Source: an uncultured delta proteobacterium
GTDB lineage: Bacteria > Myxococcota_A > Polyangia > Polyangiales > Polyangiaceae
Assembly (NCBI GenBank): GCA_963841435.1
Contig: CAWJCS010000006.1
Span: 1,793,775-1,857,774 of the forward strand
Reading direction: 5' to 3'
DNA length: 64,000 nt
The translations under genes and the position numbers were made by a program. The notes beneath the pieces are model-generated. The model ran no database searches. It was not told the origin of the DNA and saw only the letters and a program-made list of their open reading frames with translations. How positions within the stretch are numbered: the first letter of the stretch is position 1; every line of letters begins with the position of its first letter. Shown here piece by piece: positions 38,049-47,445 of this stretch.

Positions 38049-39551
38049 GTGACGAGCTCGACGCGCGAGGCGCGCATCCTCGGCGCCTGGTTCGCCCTTT
38101 ACGCGGCGCTCACGGTGATCCTCGCCATCCATCACGAGCCGTGGCGCGACGAGGCCGACGCCTGGCTCGTTTCGCGAGACGCGTCACCGCTCGAAGTGAT
38201 TCGCCTCGCGGGCCACTCGGGCACGCCGTGCCTCTGGTACTTCGCGCAGATGCCGTTCGCGAAGGCCGGGTTCCCCTTCGCGACCCAGAGCGCGTTGAAC
38301 CTCGGCTTCGCGCTCGGCGCGGCGGGGCTCTTGCTCGCCTTTGCGCCGTTCCCGCTCGGGCTCAAGCTCCCGCTGCTCTTCGGTTACTACTTTGCATTCG
38401 AGTATGCCGTCGTGGCGCGAAACTACAGCCTCGGCATCTTGCTTCTTTTCGCGGCAGCCGCCTGGGACCGCCGAAAGCTCGCTCGCCCGCTGGTTTACGG
38501 GTCGTTGCTCGCCCTGCTCGCGAACGTGAGCGCACACTTCCTGTTTCTGGGCGGCGCGCTCGCAGCGGTGTGGCTCTGGGATCTGTTCGCCGCTCGCCCC
38601 GAGGGCCAATCGCTCCCGTCGATCTCGATGCCAGCCGCGTGCGGGCTCGCCGTCGCGGCCGCGGGCATGCTGTTTTCGCTCTATCAGCTCGTCCCGAGGC
38701 CTGGCGGGCAGTTTCCGGAAACGTTCCTCATGATCTTCGTGCCCCGGCGGCTGTTCGGACCGGTGCGGGCGGTGTTCCCCGAGGGTGTCCCCGTCTGGCT
38801 CGGTCCCCTCGCCGTGCTTCTTTGGGCCGCCGCCGTCGTGCGGGTCGCGCGGAGCCTTCGAGCCCTTGCCTTCCTCGCTCTCGGCATGGCTGCGCTCACG
38901 TACATCTTCGTCTTCAAGCACGTCGGCGGCGACCGTCACTACGGGCTCTTGCTGGTCACGCTGCTGACGGCGCTGTGGCTTGCCGAGTCGGAGGATTCCA
39001 AGGTGACGCGAGCGCCCGGACGCCGCGTGCGCTTTGCCGAAGCCGCACGCCGACCGTGCTACTGGCTGCTCTTCGCCTGCCTTTCGATCACGGTGGCCTT
39101 TTCGATGGCTTCGATCTTCCCGCGCGAGCTTCGCGACAAGTACTCGGACGCGGAGGAGATGGGCCGCTACCTCGCCGACTCGGGCCTCGGCACGCGCTCC
39201 ATCGCGGCGCACCCGGCCTACGCCGCGGAAGCCGTGCTCCCGTACTTGCCCGGCGTGCGCTTCTTCTACCCGGCGCTCGGGAGCTTCGGCACCCACATGC
39301 TTTGGGACCGACGCTACGCCGAGGGGCTCGCCGTCTCGCAAGAGCAGGCGCTCGCGGCGCTCGAGCGCAGCCATCCGCGCTTTCGCGCCGAGCGCTGGCT
39401 TTTGCTGTTCAACGCGCCGGTCCCGGACGCCCCAACACGGGGGCTCAGGCTCGCCTACCACACGACGGGCAAGCCCTGGCGTGTCGCCGACGAAACGTTC
39501 TATCTCTACACCGTCGCACCGAAGGGCGTTAGCCCGGGGCAGGCACCATGA
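38049..39551 (+). CDS. Polytopic membrane protein, probable GT-C glycosyltransferase
   Basis: About 10-11 TM segments; HHEPWRDE acidic motif after TM1; EYAVVARNY; periplasmic C-terminal domain. Confidence 0.65.
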   Translation: MTSSTREARILGAWFALYAALTVILAIHHEPWRDEADAWLVSRDASPLEVIRLAGHSGTPCLWYFAQMPFAKAGFPFATQSALNLGFALGAAGLLLAFAPFPLGLKLPLLFGYYFAFEYAVVARNYSLGILLLFAAAAWDRRKLARPLVYGSLLALLANVSAHFLFLGGALAAVWLWDLFAARPEGQSLPSISMPAACGLAVAAAGMLFSLYQLVPRPGGQFPETFLMIFVPRRLFGPVRAVFPEGVPVWLGPLAVLLWAAAVVRVARSLRALAFLALGMAALTYIFVFKHVGGDRHYGLLLVTLLTALWLAESEDSKVTRAPGRRVRFAEAARRPCYWLLFACLSITVAFSMASIFPRELRDKYSDAEEMGRYLADSGLGTRSIAAHPAYAAEAVLPYLPGVRFFYPALGSFGTHMLWDRRYAEGLAVSQEQALAALERSHPRFRAERWLLLFNAPVPDAPTRGLRLAYHTTGKPWRVADETFYLYTVAPKGVSPGQAP

Positions 39552-40591
39552 GCCCGCGGCTCAGTTGGGGACTCTGCGTCACCACGTACCAGCGTCGCGA
39601 GCTCCTCGGTCGCTGCGTCACGCAGGCGCTGTCGCAGACGCGCGCCCCCTCCGAGATCGTCATCGTCGACACGAGCCCGGACTTCGACGAGAACCGCCGA
39701 CATGTCGCCGAGATCGTGCGCGCCCGTGCCCCCGAAGTACGTTTCGAGTACGCGCTCGGCGTCGCGCCGAACCAACCGGGCAAGCGCAACGAAGCCGTGC
39801 GGCTGGCAACCGCCGACGTTCTGTTCATGATCGACGACGACTCGCTGATGTATCCGGATTGTGCCGAAAAAATCATGGAAGTGTACGAGCGACCGGGCTG
39901 CGAGTCCGTGGTCGCCGTGATGGCCAGCCTGCACGCGCTCCCTCCCGACGAGCTCCGGTCCGAGAGCGAGCCCGCGGAGCCCCCGAGTGGGTTACTCCCG
40001 CTCGCGGCGCGAGCAAGCCGCTGGCTCAAGGGCTCGTTTCACCCCGAGTTCGTGGAACGGCCGTCGATCCCCACGCCGGAGCTGCCGGCCGGGGCGCATC
40101 GAGTCATGGATTTGCACGGTGCCCGCATCACGGCGCGCCGTGCGGCCGTGCTGAAGCGACCGTTCGACGGCGCGTTGCTGCTCAATGCCCACGAAGATCG
40201 CGACGCCGCGTGGAATCTCGGCGGCATCGGCGTGCTGGCCGAGCTCGACGCGCGCCTCGTCTGTCATGTCGAGGCGGCGCGCCCCGGCGGCGGGGAGCGT
40301 CGAGGATTCTTGACGCGCGGCGCCTGGCTCCTCAACTACGCTTACTTGGTCCGCAAGTGGTGCCCATCCCACGAGGAGCTCGCCGCACGAAAGATCCGGC
40401 GCTTCGCGCGCTCCATGCTGCTACTCGACGCGATCAACGCGGCGCGGACCCGAAGCGCCGCGCGCCTGCGCGGCGTCACCTTCGTCTACACGGCGCTCTT
40501 GCCCAAGTTGCTCCGGGCGCCACAGCGCGACCTCGCCGAGGTGCTCATGGCCGCCAGCCGGGAGCTCGAGGCTCGCTCGAGGCGCCCGTGA
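39548..40591 (+). CDS. GT2-family glycosyltransferase
   Basis: VTTYQR, SQT, EIVIVD, RNEAV, FMIDDD (DxD) and HED.D. Confidence 0.88.
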   Translation: MSPRLSWGLCVTTYQRRELLGRCVTQALSQTRAPSEIVIVDTSPDFDENRRHVAEIVRARAPEVRFEYALGVAPNQPGKRNEAVRLATADVLFMIDDDSLMYPDCAEKIMEVYERPGCESVVAVMASLHALPPDELRSESEPAEPPSGLLPLAARASRWLKGSFHPEFVERPSIPTPELPAGAHRVMDLHGARITARRAAVLKRPFDGALLLNAHEDRDAAWNLGGIGVLAELDARLVCHVEAARPGGGERRGFLTRGAWLLNYAYLVRKWCPSHEELAARKIRRFARSMLLLDAINAARTRSAARLRGVTFVYTALLPKLLRAPQRDLAEVLMAASRELEARSRRP

Positions 40592-40651
40592 ACGCCACGG
40601 AAGCGCCCGGCGTGGGTTGCCGACCCCAGGCTCCGGGCCTACGATCGGAAC

Positions 40652-42719
40652 GTGCGACTTTCGGGCTTGGTGGTCCTGCTCGTCGCGAGCGCGTGTCTCC
40701 CGACGCGCACTCGCCGGCTCGCCCCCGCCACCGACGACGGCGGCACGCCCGATCCCATCGAGGTCGAAGGTGGCATCGGCCAGGGGGACGCGCCCGAGGT
40801 TCGACCCCACGCCGTGCTGGGAGTCGACCCGCCGCACGGTCCGTTCTCGGGCGGCACCCTCGTCATCGTGCGTGGTAACGGCTTCGCCAGCAACGCGCGC
40901 GTGTGGTTCGGTGACACGGAAGTTCCCGAGGGGGATCGCATCGTGCTCGACACGCAGCGCATCCAGGTGACCACGCCGAGCGGCTCACCGGGCGCGGTCG
41001 ACCTCGCCGTTCAGAACGCCGACGACGAGTTCGACGCGCGCGCTCATGGCAGGCGGCTTCACTTTCGACGACTTCTACCTCGAGCCGACGACGGGCCCGA
41101 CCGCGGGCGGCACCGTCGTCACGGTCCGCTCGAAGCAGCCGCTGTTCGACGAAGACACGACCATCGACGTGGACCGCGAGCCCTGCGAAATAGTTGACGT
41201 CACGAGCGCCACCGAGATCAGCTGCCGCACGCCGCCCGGCACGCCCGGCACGAAGGGCGTCCGCGCCACGGTGTCGGGCGGCAGCGAAACCATCGACGTG
41301 CTCGATGCCTTCACCTACGTGGTCTCGGACGACGGGTTTCGCGGAGGGCTGAGCGGCCCCGCGCTGGGCGGCGAGCTCGACGTGCTCGTGCTCGACGACC
41401 TCACCGGCAACGCCGTCCCGAACGCCACGGTGCTCGTGGGCGATGACGCGCAAAGCCTGCTGACCGCCCAGACCGACGGCTTCGGCACCGCCGTGGTCAC
41501 GAGCTCGAAGCTCGGTTCCGCCGCGACGGTCACGGTCGCCAAGCACTGCTTCCAGCCCGTCACGTTCGTCGACGTGCCGGTCCAGAAGGTCACCGTCTTC
41601 CTCGCACCCGTGCTCTCACCAGTCTGTGCCAACCCGGGCGACCCGCCGAGCGGCGGTGGCAATCCGGGGCACGGCGCCAGCGTCACGGGCCAAGTCGTGT
41701 GGCCGCTCGACGGAGAGCTGCGCAAAAATGGCTGGGCCAACGTGCCGACACCGCGCGGCGACAACGAGAAGCAGGTCGCGTATCTGTTCCGCCTGTCGAG
41801 CCGCGCCACCGACGAGTTCTCGCTGCCGAGCGCGGTGAACGCGGTCACCCCGGATTCGGGGGGTGACATCGGATACAATTTCTACTTCTCGACGAGCCCC
41901 GGCAATTTCACGCTCTACGCGCTCGCCGGCATCGAAGATCGCTCGCGATCGCCCTACGTGTTCACGCCCTACGCCATGGGGTTGACCCGCGGCGTCGCCG
42001 TCGGCGCCTCGGAAACCCACACGGACGTGTACGTACAGGTCGATGTCCCACTCGATCATGCGCTGCGTCTGGACGCGACCGGCCCGAAGCCGACGCCCCG
42101 CGGCCCGGACCGCATGCAGGCGACCCTGGCGGTGCAGATCGGCAGCGAAGGCTACGTGCTGCTCCCGAACGGCAAGCTCACTGGCCTCCTACCGCGCAGC
42201 GAGCCCTTCGACTTCGTGGGCGTCCCACCGCTCGTCGGGACACTCGCCGGGAGCCGCTACGTCGCGACGGCGAGCGCCGTCACGGGCGACGCGGGCGGCA
42301 TGCCCCTTTCGCGAGTCGGACTGTTCGCGACGGTGACGGACAGCGTGCCCATCGGGGTCGGCGCCTTCCTCGAGCTACCGAGCATCGGCTCGCCGGCGAG
42401 TGGCACGCTCTGGGACGGAACGACCATCGCGCTTTCACGAGAGCCCGGCGGACCGCAGGCGTCGCTCAGCGTCGTTGACGTCGCGAGCGGCGATGGGCTC
42501 GTCACCTGGCGCATCGTCGCACCCGGAGCCCCCGACGAGCTACGCGTGCCCGATCTCCGGCTCGTGAAGGGCGATGTCGGGTTGCCGAAGGGGCCCATCA
42601 CGCTCGCGGTGAGCGCCGCGCTCGTCGACGATTTTTACTACGGTGCCCTGCGTAACCGGGAACTCGAGCCGCGTGGCTGGCGAGCCTACGCACAGGACGT
42701 GTTTTTCGCCAGCTACTGA
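40652..42719 (+). CDS. IPT/TIG-domain surface lipoprotein; apparent frameshift at 41030-41031
   Basis: Lipobox VASAC; P.HGP.SGGT.V.VRGNGF...VWFG and P.TGPTAGGT.V repeats. Removing one T joins ORFs 40652.. and 41046..42719 (DDESTRALMAGGFTF). Confidence 0.82.
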
Positions 42720-42742
42720 GGGGCCACGCGCCGCGACGACCC

Positions 42743-44725
42743 ATGCCGAGACGCGATACAGCCCGGGCCGCCGCGGCCCTCGCGCTCTTCGTTTGGAGTG
42801 GCGCTTCGATCGGCGCTTGCAGCTTCGACCGAGGTGATCGCTGGCTCTATGCACCGCCCGGCGACTGTCAGGTGGGCACGTACCGTTGCACCAAGATCCT
42901 CGAGCGCTGCGCGGACGCCGTCGACGGCGCCGTGTGGACCGCGGTGGCCGACTGCGCGAAGCAAGGTCTCGTGTGCGCCGCGTCGCTCGGCGCGTGCGCG
43001 CACTGTGTTCCGGGCCAAAAGCGCTGTGACGGCGCCGATACGCTCGAGTGCCGCAGCGACGGCAGTGGGCTCGACCACACGGGCACCTGCGACGAGAGCT
43101 CCGGCCAAGCCTGCCGCGAGGGCGACTGTCAGAACCTGTGTGCCGTCGCCGCGCGCGAGAGAAGCAACGTCGGCTGCGAGTACTGGGCCGCGGATCTGGA
43201 CAATGCCGACATCGACGACACGCTGAACGCCGCCTCCCAGCAATACGCCGTGGTGGTCAGCAACGCGCAGCCCGACGTGACGGCACTCGTCACGATCGAG
43301 CAAGACGACACGGAGCCGGGCGAGCAAAACGCGCCGATCGAGGTGGCGAGCGCCGCCATTCCCCCGCGTAGCCTGCGCACGTTCAAGCTCGGGCCGCGGG
43401 AGGTTGACGGCTCGAGCCCGGGCACATTCAACACCGGGACCGGCACGGCGCTGACGCGCACCGCTTACCGCGTGCGCTCTACGTTCCCCGTCGTGACCTA
43501 TCAGTTCAACCCGCTGTCCAACGTGGGCGTTTTCTCGAACGACGCATCGCTCCTCAAGCCGACCGAAGCCGTCGAGCCCGACAGCGACGAGATGCTCGAT
43601 GCGTACGTCGTGCTCGGTTGGCCACAGACCATCGCCGTCACCGACGATCCGCGCACCAACTTCAACGCGCAAAACCCCATCAATCTGCGCGCCTTTCTCA
43701 CGCTCGTCGGCACGCGTTCCGGCACGACGGTCCGCGTGCGACCCACCACGCGCATCCTGGGCGCACCCGGCATTCCGGAGACGCGGCCGGGCGAAGAGCT
43801 CGAGGTGACGCTGTCGGCGTTCGACGTGCTCAACCTGGAGACCGACGGCTTCAACGCCGACTTCACCGGCAGCGTCGTCTCGGCGAACGGACCCGTGATC
43901 GCATTTTCGGGGAGCGAGGCGAGCGACGCGCCCTACTTCCAGACGCTGAGCGACAGGGCGTGCTGCGCGGACCACCTCGAGGAGCAGCTCGATCACCTGC
44001 GCACGGCGGGTCGCACGTTCATCGCCGCGGTGACACCGAGCCGCACCGTCGCGCTCGCGGCAGCGGGTGCTCCCGTGGGCGTGGCAGACGAGCCCGACAC
44101 GTTTCGCGTGATCGCCACGACGGACGCGGGCGCCCACCTTGCGACATCCCTTGCCGAGCTGGCGCCGCGTGACCTCGAGCACCGGGGTGATTTCGTCGAC
44201 ATCGCCAGCTCGAGCTCCTTTGCGCTGAAGAGCGATCAGCCCGTGATGCTGATGAGCGTCTCGGCGAGCCAACAGGCGGCCGGGGTCCCGTCCGCGCTGC
44301 CGGGGGGCGATCCGAGCATGCTCGTGATTCCACCGATCGAGCAGTTTCGCTCGACGTACGTGTTTCTCACGCCGGACAAGTACGCGTTCGACTTCGTGCG
44401 CATCGCCGCACCGGAGCACGCCGTGATCGTGTTCGACGGGCAGCCGCTCGAAGCGCTGTCCCGCTGCGTGACCGCGCCGGCCGGGAGCCTCGAGCTACCG
44501 CTCACGGCTTCGGAAAACTACGTCGTTACCACCTGCGAGCTCGGGGCACCGATCATCGATCCCACGCGCCCCGCACCCGACGACCTGTCGCCCGGCTTCC
44601 AGAACGATGGGGTCCACATCATCGAATCGGATCGGAAGATCGGCGTGCTCGTCGATGGCTTCGATCGTTTCGTGAGCTACGCGTACGCAGCCGGCACCGA
44701 GCTCAGCTTCATCGTGCCGCGCTGA
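42743..44725 (+). CDS. IgGFc-binding-domain lipoprotein with Cys-rich N-terminal repeats
   Basis: Lipobox IGAC; SNVGCEYWA.DLDN, YQFNPL, SNDASLL.P, CCADHLEEQ, GDPSM..IPP.EQF and G.D..VSYAY..G. Confidence 0.85.
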   Translation: MPRRDTARAAAALALFVWSGASIGACSFDRGDRWLYAPPGDCQVGTYRCTKILERCADAVDGAVWTAVADCAKQGLVCAASLGACAHCVPGQKRCDGADTLECRSDGSGLDHTGTCDESSGQACREGDCQNLCAVAARERSNVGCEYWAADLDNADIDDTLNAASQQYAVVVSNAQPDVTALVTIEQDDTEPGEQNAPIEVASAAIPPRSLRTFKLGPREVDGSSPGTFNTGTGTALTRTAYRVRSTFPVVTYQFNPLSNVGVFSNDASLLKPTEAVEPDSDEMLDAYVVLGWPQTIAVTDDPRTNFNAQNPINLRAFLTLVGTRSGTTVRVRPTTRILGAPGIPETRPGEELEVTLSAFDVLNLETDGFNADFTGSVVSANGPVIAFSGSEASDAPYFQTLSDRACCADHLEEQLDHLRTAGRTFIAAVTPSRTVALAAAGAPVGVADEPDTFRVIATTDAGAHLATSLAELAPRDLEHRGDFVDIASSSSFALKSDQPVMLMSVSASQQAAGVPSALPGGDPSMLVIPPIEQFRSTYVFLTPDKYAFDFVRIAAPEHAVIVFDGQPLEALSRCVTAPAGSLELPLTASENYVVTTCELGAPIIDPTRPAPDDLSPGFQNDGVHIIESDRKIGVLVDGFDRFVSYAYAAGTELSFIVPR

Positions 44726-44777
44726 GCGCGAAACAGCAGCGTGGTTTCGTCGCGTTCTTGCGAACCGCGGCCGCCAT

Positions 44778-45485
44778 TCAGGGAGTGCGCGACGACCCTT
44801 CGCCGGGTCGCCGCGCGCACAGGAGCACGTTGTCGCTGAAGGCACGACCGATCACGCCCCGCGGGCGCCGCAAGGGCCGCGGCCAATGCCGAGCGCTCAG
44901 CGGGACGCGCCCGGAGCCGCTGAACTCGATGCAAACTTCGTCCAGGCGACACTCGGTCGCCATGCGCACGAGGTCGCTCTCCAGGAGTGCCGTGATGTGC
45001 GCCGGATAGAGCCCCGGTGCTTCTTGGAAGGCGGGAAACTGATTCTTGACCACCAGCGCGAGCTTCGCGGACACGCTGAGCTGATTGGGTGTCGTGACGA
45101 GCAACCAACCACCCGGCTTCGCGAGGCGCACGAGCTCGCGCAGGAGCGAGCGCGGGTTCTCGACGTGCTCGATCGTCTCGACGCACGCGACGACGTTGGC
45201 GGTGGCATCCGGAAGCGCTACGCCGCCCCGATCGAGATTGATGGGGACGAACGCGAGCGAGTCCGGGTAGCCAGGGTAGCGACTGACGTCGGCGCCGACA
45301 TAGTCGAATGCCGCATCCGCGAGAGCGCGCCGAAGGTCTCCACGACCGCAGCCCACGTCGAGCAGGGTTCCCCCAGAAACGCCGCGTGAAAGGAGCGCCC
45401 GTCGCACCATGGCGTGAATGGCGCGGTTGCTCGCGCCACAGGTTCCGAGCGCGCGTTCGGCCGCGGTCGCTGGCCCGTCGTCCAC
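44778..45485 (-). CDS. Class I SAM-dependent methyltransferase
   Basis: LLDVGCGRG, YVGAD, ETIEHVENP and KPGGWLLVTTPN. Confidence 0.9.
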   Translation of the reverse strand: MDDGPATAAERALGTCGASNRAIHAMVRRALLSRGVSGGTLLDVGCGRGDLRRALADAAFDYVGADVSRYPGYPDSLAFVPINLDRGGVALPDATANVVACVETIEHVENPRSLLRELVRLAKPGGWLLVTTPNQLSVSAKLALVVKNQFPAFQEAPGLYPAHITALLESDLVRMATECRLDEVCIEFSGSGRVPLSARHWPRPLRRPRGVIGRAFSDNVLLCARRPGEGSSRTP

Positions 45486-45575
45486 GTGAAAGGCTTACCA
45501 CGCTCACCGTCTACCCGCTGGAAGGGGTGGAGGGGCTTGCTCGAACGGGGCGGGCCGCGCTAGATCCCGGGTTCC

Positions 45576-46793
45576 CTGCGCGTCCTGTTCATCAATCCGC
45601 ACGCGGCGCTCGGCGGCTCCGAACGTAGCCTGCTGGATGCGCTCGCGGTGCTAGGCGACGCCGACCCCACCATCGAGCCGACCCTGCTCGCCCTCGCCGA
45701 CGGTGAGCTGTTGGTCCGCGCCCGAGCGTTAGGGATTCGCACCGAGCTCTTCGAGCTGCCGCCTGCGCTCGCGGCGCTCGGTGAGTCCACGGCGGGACAC
45801 CGCAGCGTGGGGCGCGCCATGAGCGCCGTGGCGGCGCTCGGCCGGGCGGCCCCGGGTTTCGTGCTTGGCTTGCGGCGGCGCGTCCGCGCCATCGGCCCCG
45901 CGCTGGTTCATACGAACGGGATGAAGGCCCATCTGTTGTGCCGGCTGGCGTTGCCAGAGCTCCCGCACGTCGTGCATCTGCGCGACTTCCCGAGCGAACG
46001 CCCGCTCACCCGCCACGCTCTTCGCCTGTTCGCGACCCGGCGGGTCATGCTCATCACCAATTCTCGCGCCGTGGAGCGCGACGCCAAGGCGCTTGCACCA
46101 GGCGTCCACACGCGCGTGGTCTACAACGGCGTCGACCTCGACGAGTTCTCCCCGGGACCGCGCGAGCTCTCCCCGCTCGCGACGCTCGCGGCCCTCGAGC
46201 CGCCAGCGCCGGACGCGGTCGTCATCGGCATGGTGGCAACCTACGCGTGGTGGAAGGGGCAAGTGACCTTCGTGCGCGCGATGGCAGAGGTCGTGCGGGC
46301 GGCGCCCGACCTGGCGCTCCGCTTCTACGTCATCGGCGGGCCCATCTATGCCACGGCCGGATCGGAGATCACGCGGGAGCAGCTGCGCGGGGAAATTCAG
46401 CGAGCCGGGCTCGAGCGCGTGGTGGGGCTCGTGCCGTTCCAGCGCGACCCGGCGCGCATCTACCGTGGTCTGGACGTGGTCGTCCATGCGAGCACTCGTC
46501 CGGAGCCGTTCGGACGGACGATCGTCGAAGGGATGGCAACGGGACGCGCCGTTTTGGCGGCACGCGCCGGCGGCGCAGCCGAGCTGATCGACGAGGGGAT
46601 CACGGGCCTGTTCCACCGCCCGGGTGACGAGGCGGACCTCGCACGCGCCGTGCTCGAGCTTTCGCGCGACCCGGCCTTGCGGGCGCGCCTCGGTGCGCGA
46701 GCCCGGGAGGCAGCCTGCGCCCGCTTCGATCGACGACGGCTCGGCGCAGAGCTCAGCGACGTGTACCGCGCGCTCCTTTCGCAGCGCGCTTAG
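45576..46793 (+). CDS. GT4-family glycosyltransferase (possible CTG start)
   Basis: LRVLFINP...GGSERSL N-terminus, VHTN, VVYNGVD, WKGQ and PEPFGRTIVEGMA.G. Confidence 0.9.
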   Translation: MRVLFINPHAALGGSERSLLDALAVLGDADPTIEPTLLALADGELLVRARALGIRTELFELPPALAALGESTAGHRSVGRAMSAVAALGRAAPGFVLGLRRRVRAIGPALVHTNGMKAHLLCRLALPELPHVVHLRDFPSERPLTRHALRLFATRRVMLITNSRAVERDAKALAPGVHTRVVYNGVDLDEFSPGPRELSPLATLAALEPPAPDAVVIGMVATYAWWKGQVTFVRAMAEVVRAAPDLALRFYVIGGPIYATAGSEITREQLRGEIQRAGLERVVGLVPFQRDPARIYRGLDVVVHASTRPEPFGRTIVEGMATGRAVLAARAGGAAELIDEGITGLFHRPGDEADLARAVLELSRDPALRARLGARAREAACARFDRRRLGAELSDVYRALLSQRA

Positions 46794-47442
46794 GGCCCTT
46801 CGGCGCGGGCCGCAAAGTACCGGGCGCGGGCGCCACGGCACCCGCCCGCAAGACGTACCGTTCGCCCGTGGCAGAGCAAGTGGCGCGCCCACCCCGGAAG
46901 ACGAGTGGCTCGCCGACTCGGCTCACCCATCCGACGCGACGCGCCGGCACGCCGACCACCAGGGCGAAGTCGGGGACGTCCCGCGTGACGACGGCTCCCG
47001 CGCCGACCAGGCAATAGTCGCCAAGCTCGACCCCGGCGACGATCGTCGCGTTCGCGCCGATCGTGGCGCCGCGATGGACACGAGTCGTCTCGAAGGCGCC
47101 CTTCCCGCTCAGTTCCGCGGCGCGGCGCGACACGAAGGCGCGCGGGTAGCGTACGTTGGTAAACGTCGCGCCCGGACCCACGAAGACATCGTCGTCGATG
47201 CGCACGCCCTCGAAAACGCTGACGTGATTCTGCAGGCGGACGCGCTCGCCGAGCGTCACGCCGCGCCCGACGAAGCAGGCATGGCCGAGCATCGAACCGC
47301 GACCGATGCGCGCGCCCGCCATCACGTGGCAAAAATGCCAGATCCGCGCGCCGGCGGCGATGTGGCTGGTCTTCGCCACGACGGCGCTCGGATGCACTCG
47401 CGCGTCACGCCGTCCGCTCCTGGTCCGCGCGGGCGAGCCCAA
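46753..47442 (-). CDS. Hexapeptide-repeat N-acetyltransferase (WbpD/WlbB-like)
   Basis: VHPSAVV, RIWHFCHV, QNHVSVFEGV, DDVFVGP..TFTNV.YPR, GATIGANAT and VGVPAR..GWV..G. Confidence 0.88.
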   Translation of the reverse strand: MGSPARTRSGRRDARVHPSAVVAKTSHIAAGARIWHFCHVMAGARIGRGSMLGHACFVGRGVTLGERVRLQNHVSVFEGVRIDDDVFVGPGATFTNVRYPRAFVSRRAAELSGKGAFETTRVHRGATIGANATIVAGVELGDYCLVGAGAVVTRDVPDFALVVGVPARRVGWVSRVGEPLVFRGGRATCSATGERYVLRAGAVAPAPGTLRPAPKGPKRAAKGARGTRR

Positions 47443-47445
47443 GGG

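Noticed and set aside
858-41034. Programmed ribosomal frameshifting at the split genes
   Set aside because: No slippery heptamer or stimulatory structure; TCGAA occurs in frame in many intact genes; the 41030 case has the motif on the non-coding strand, which points to a DNA-level effect.
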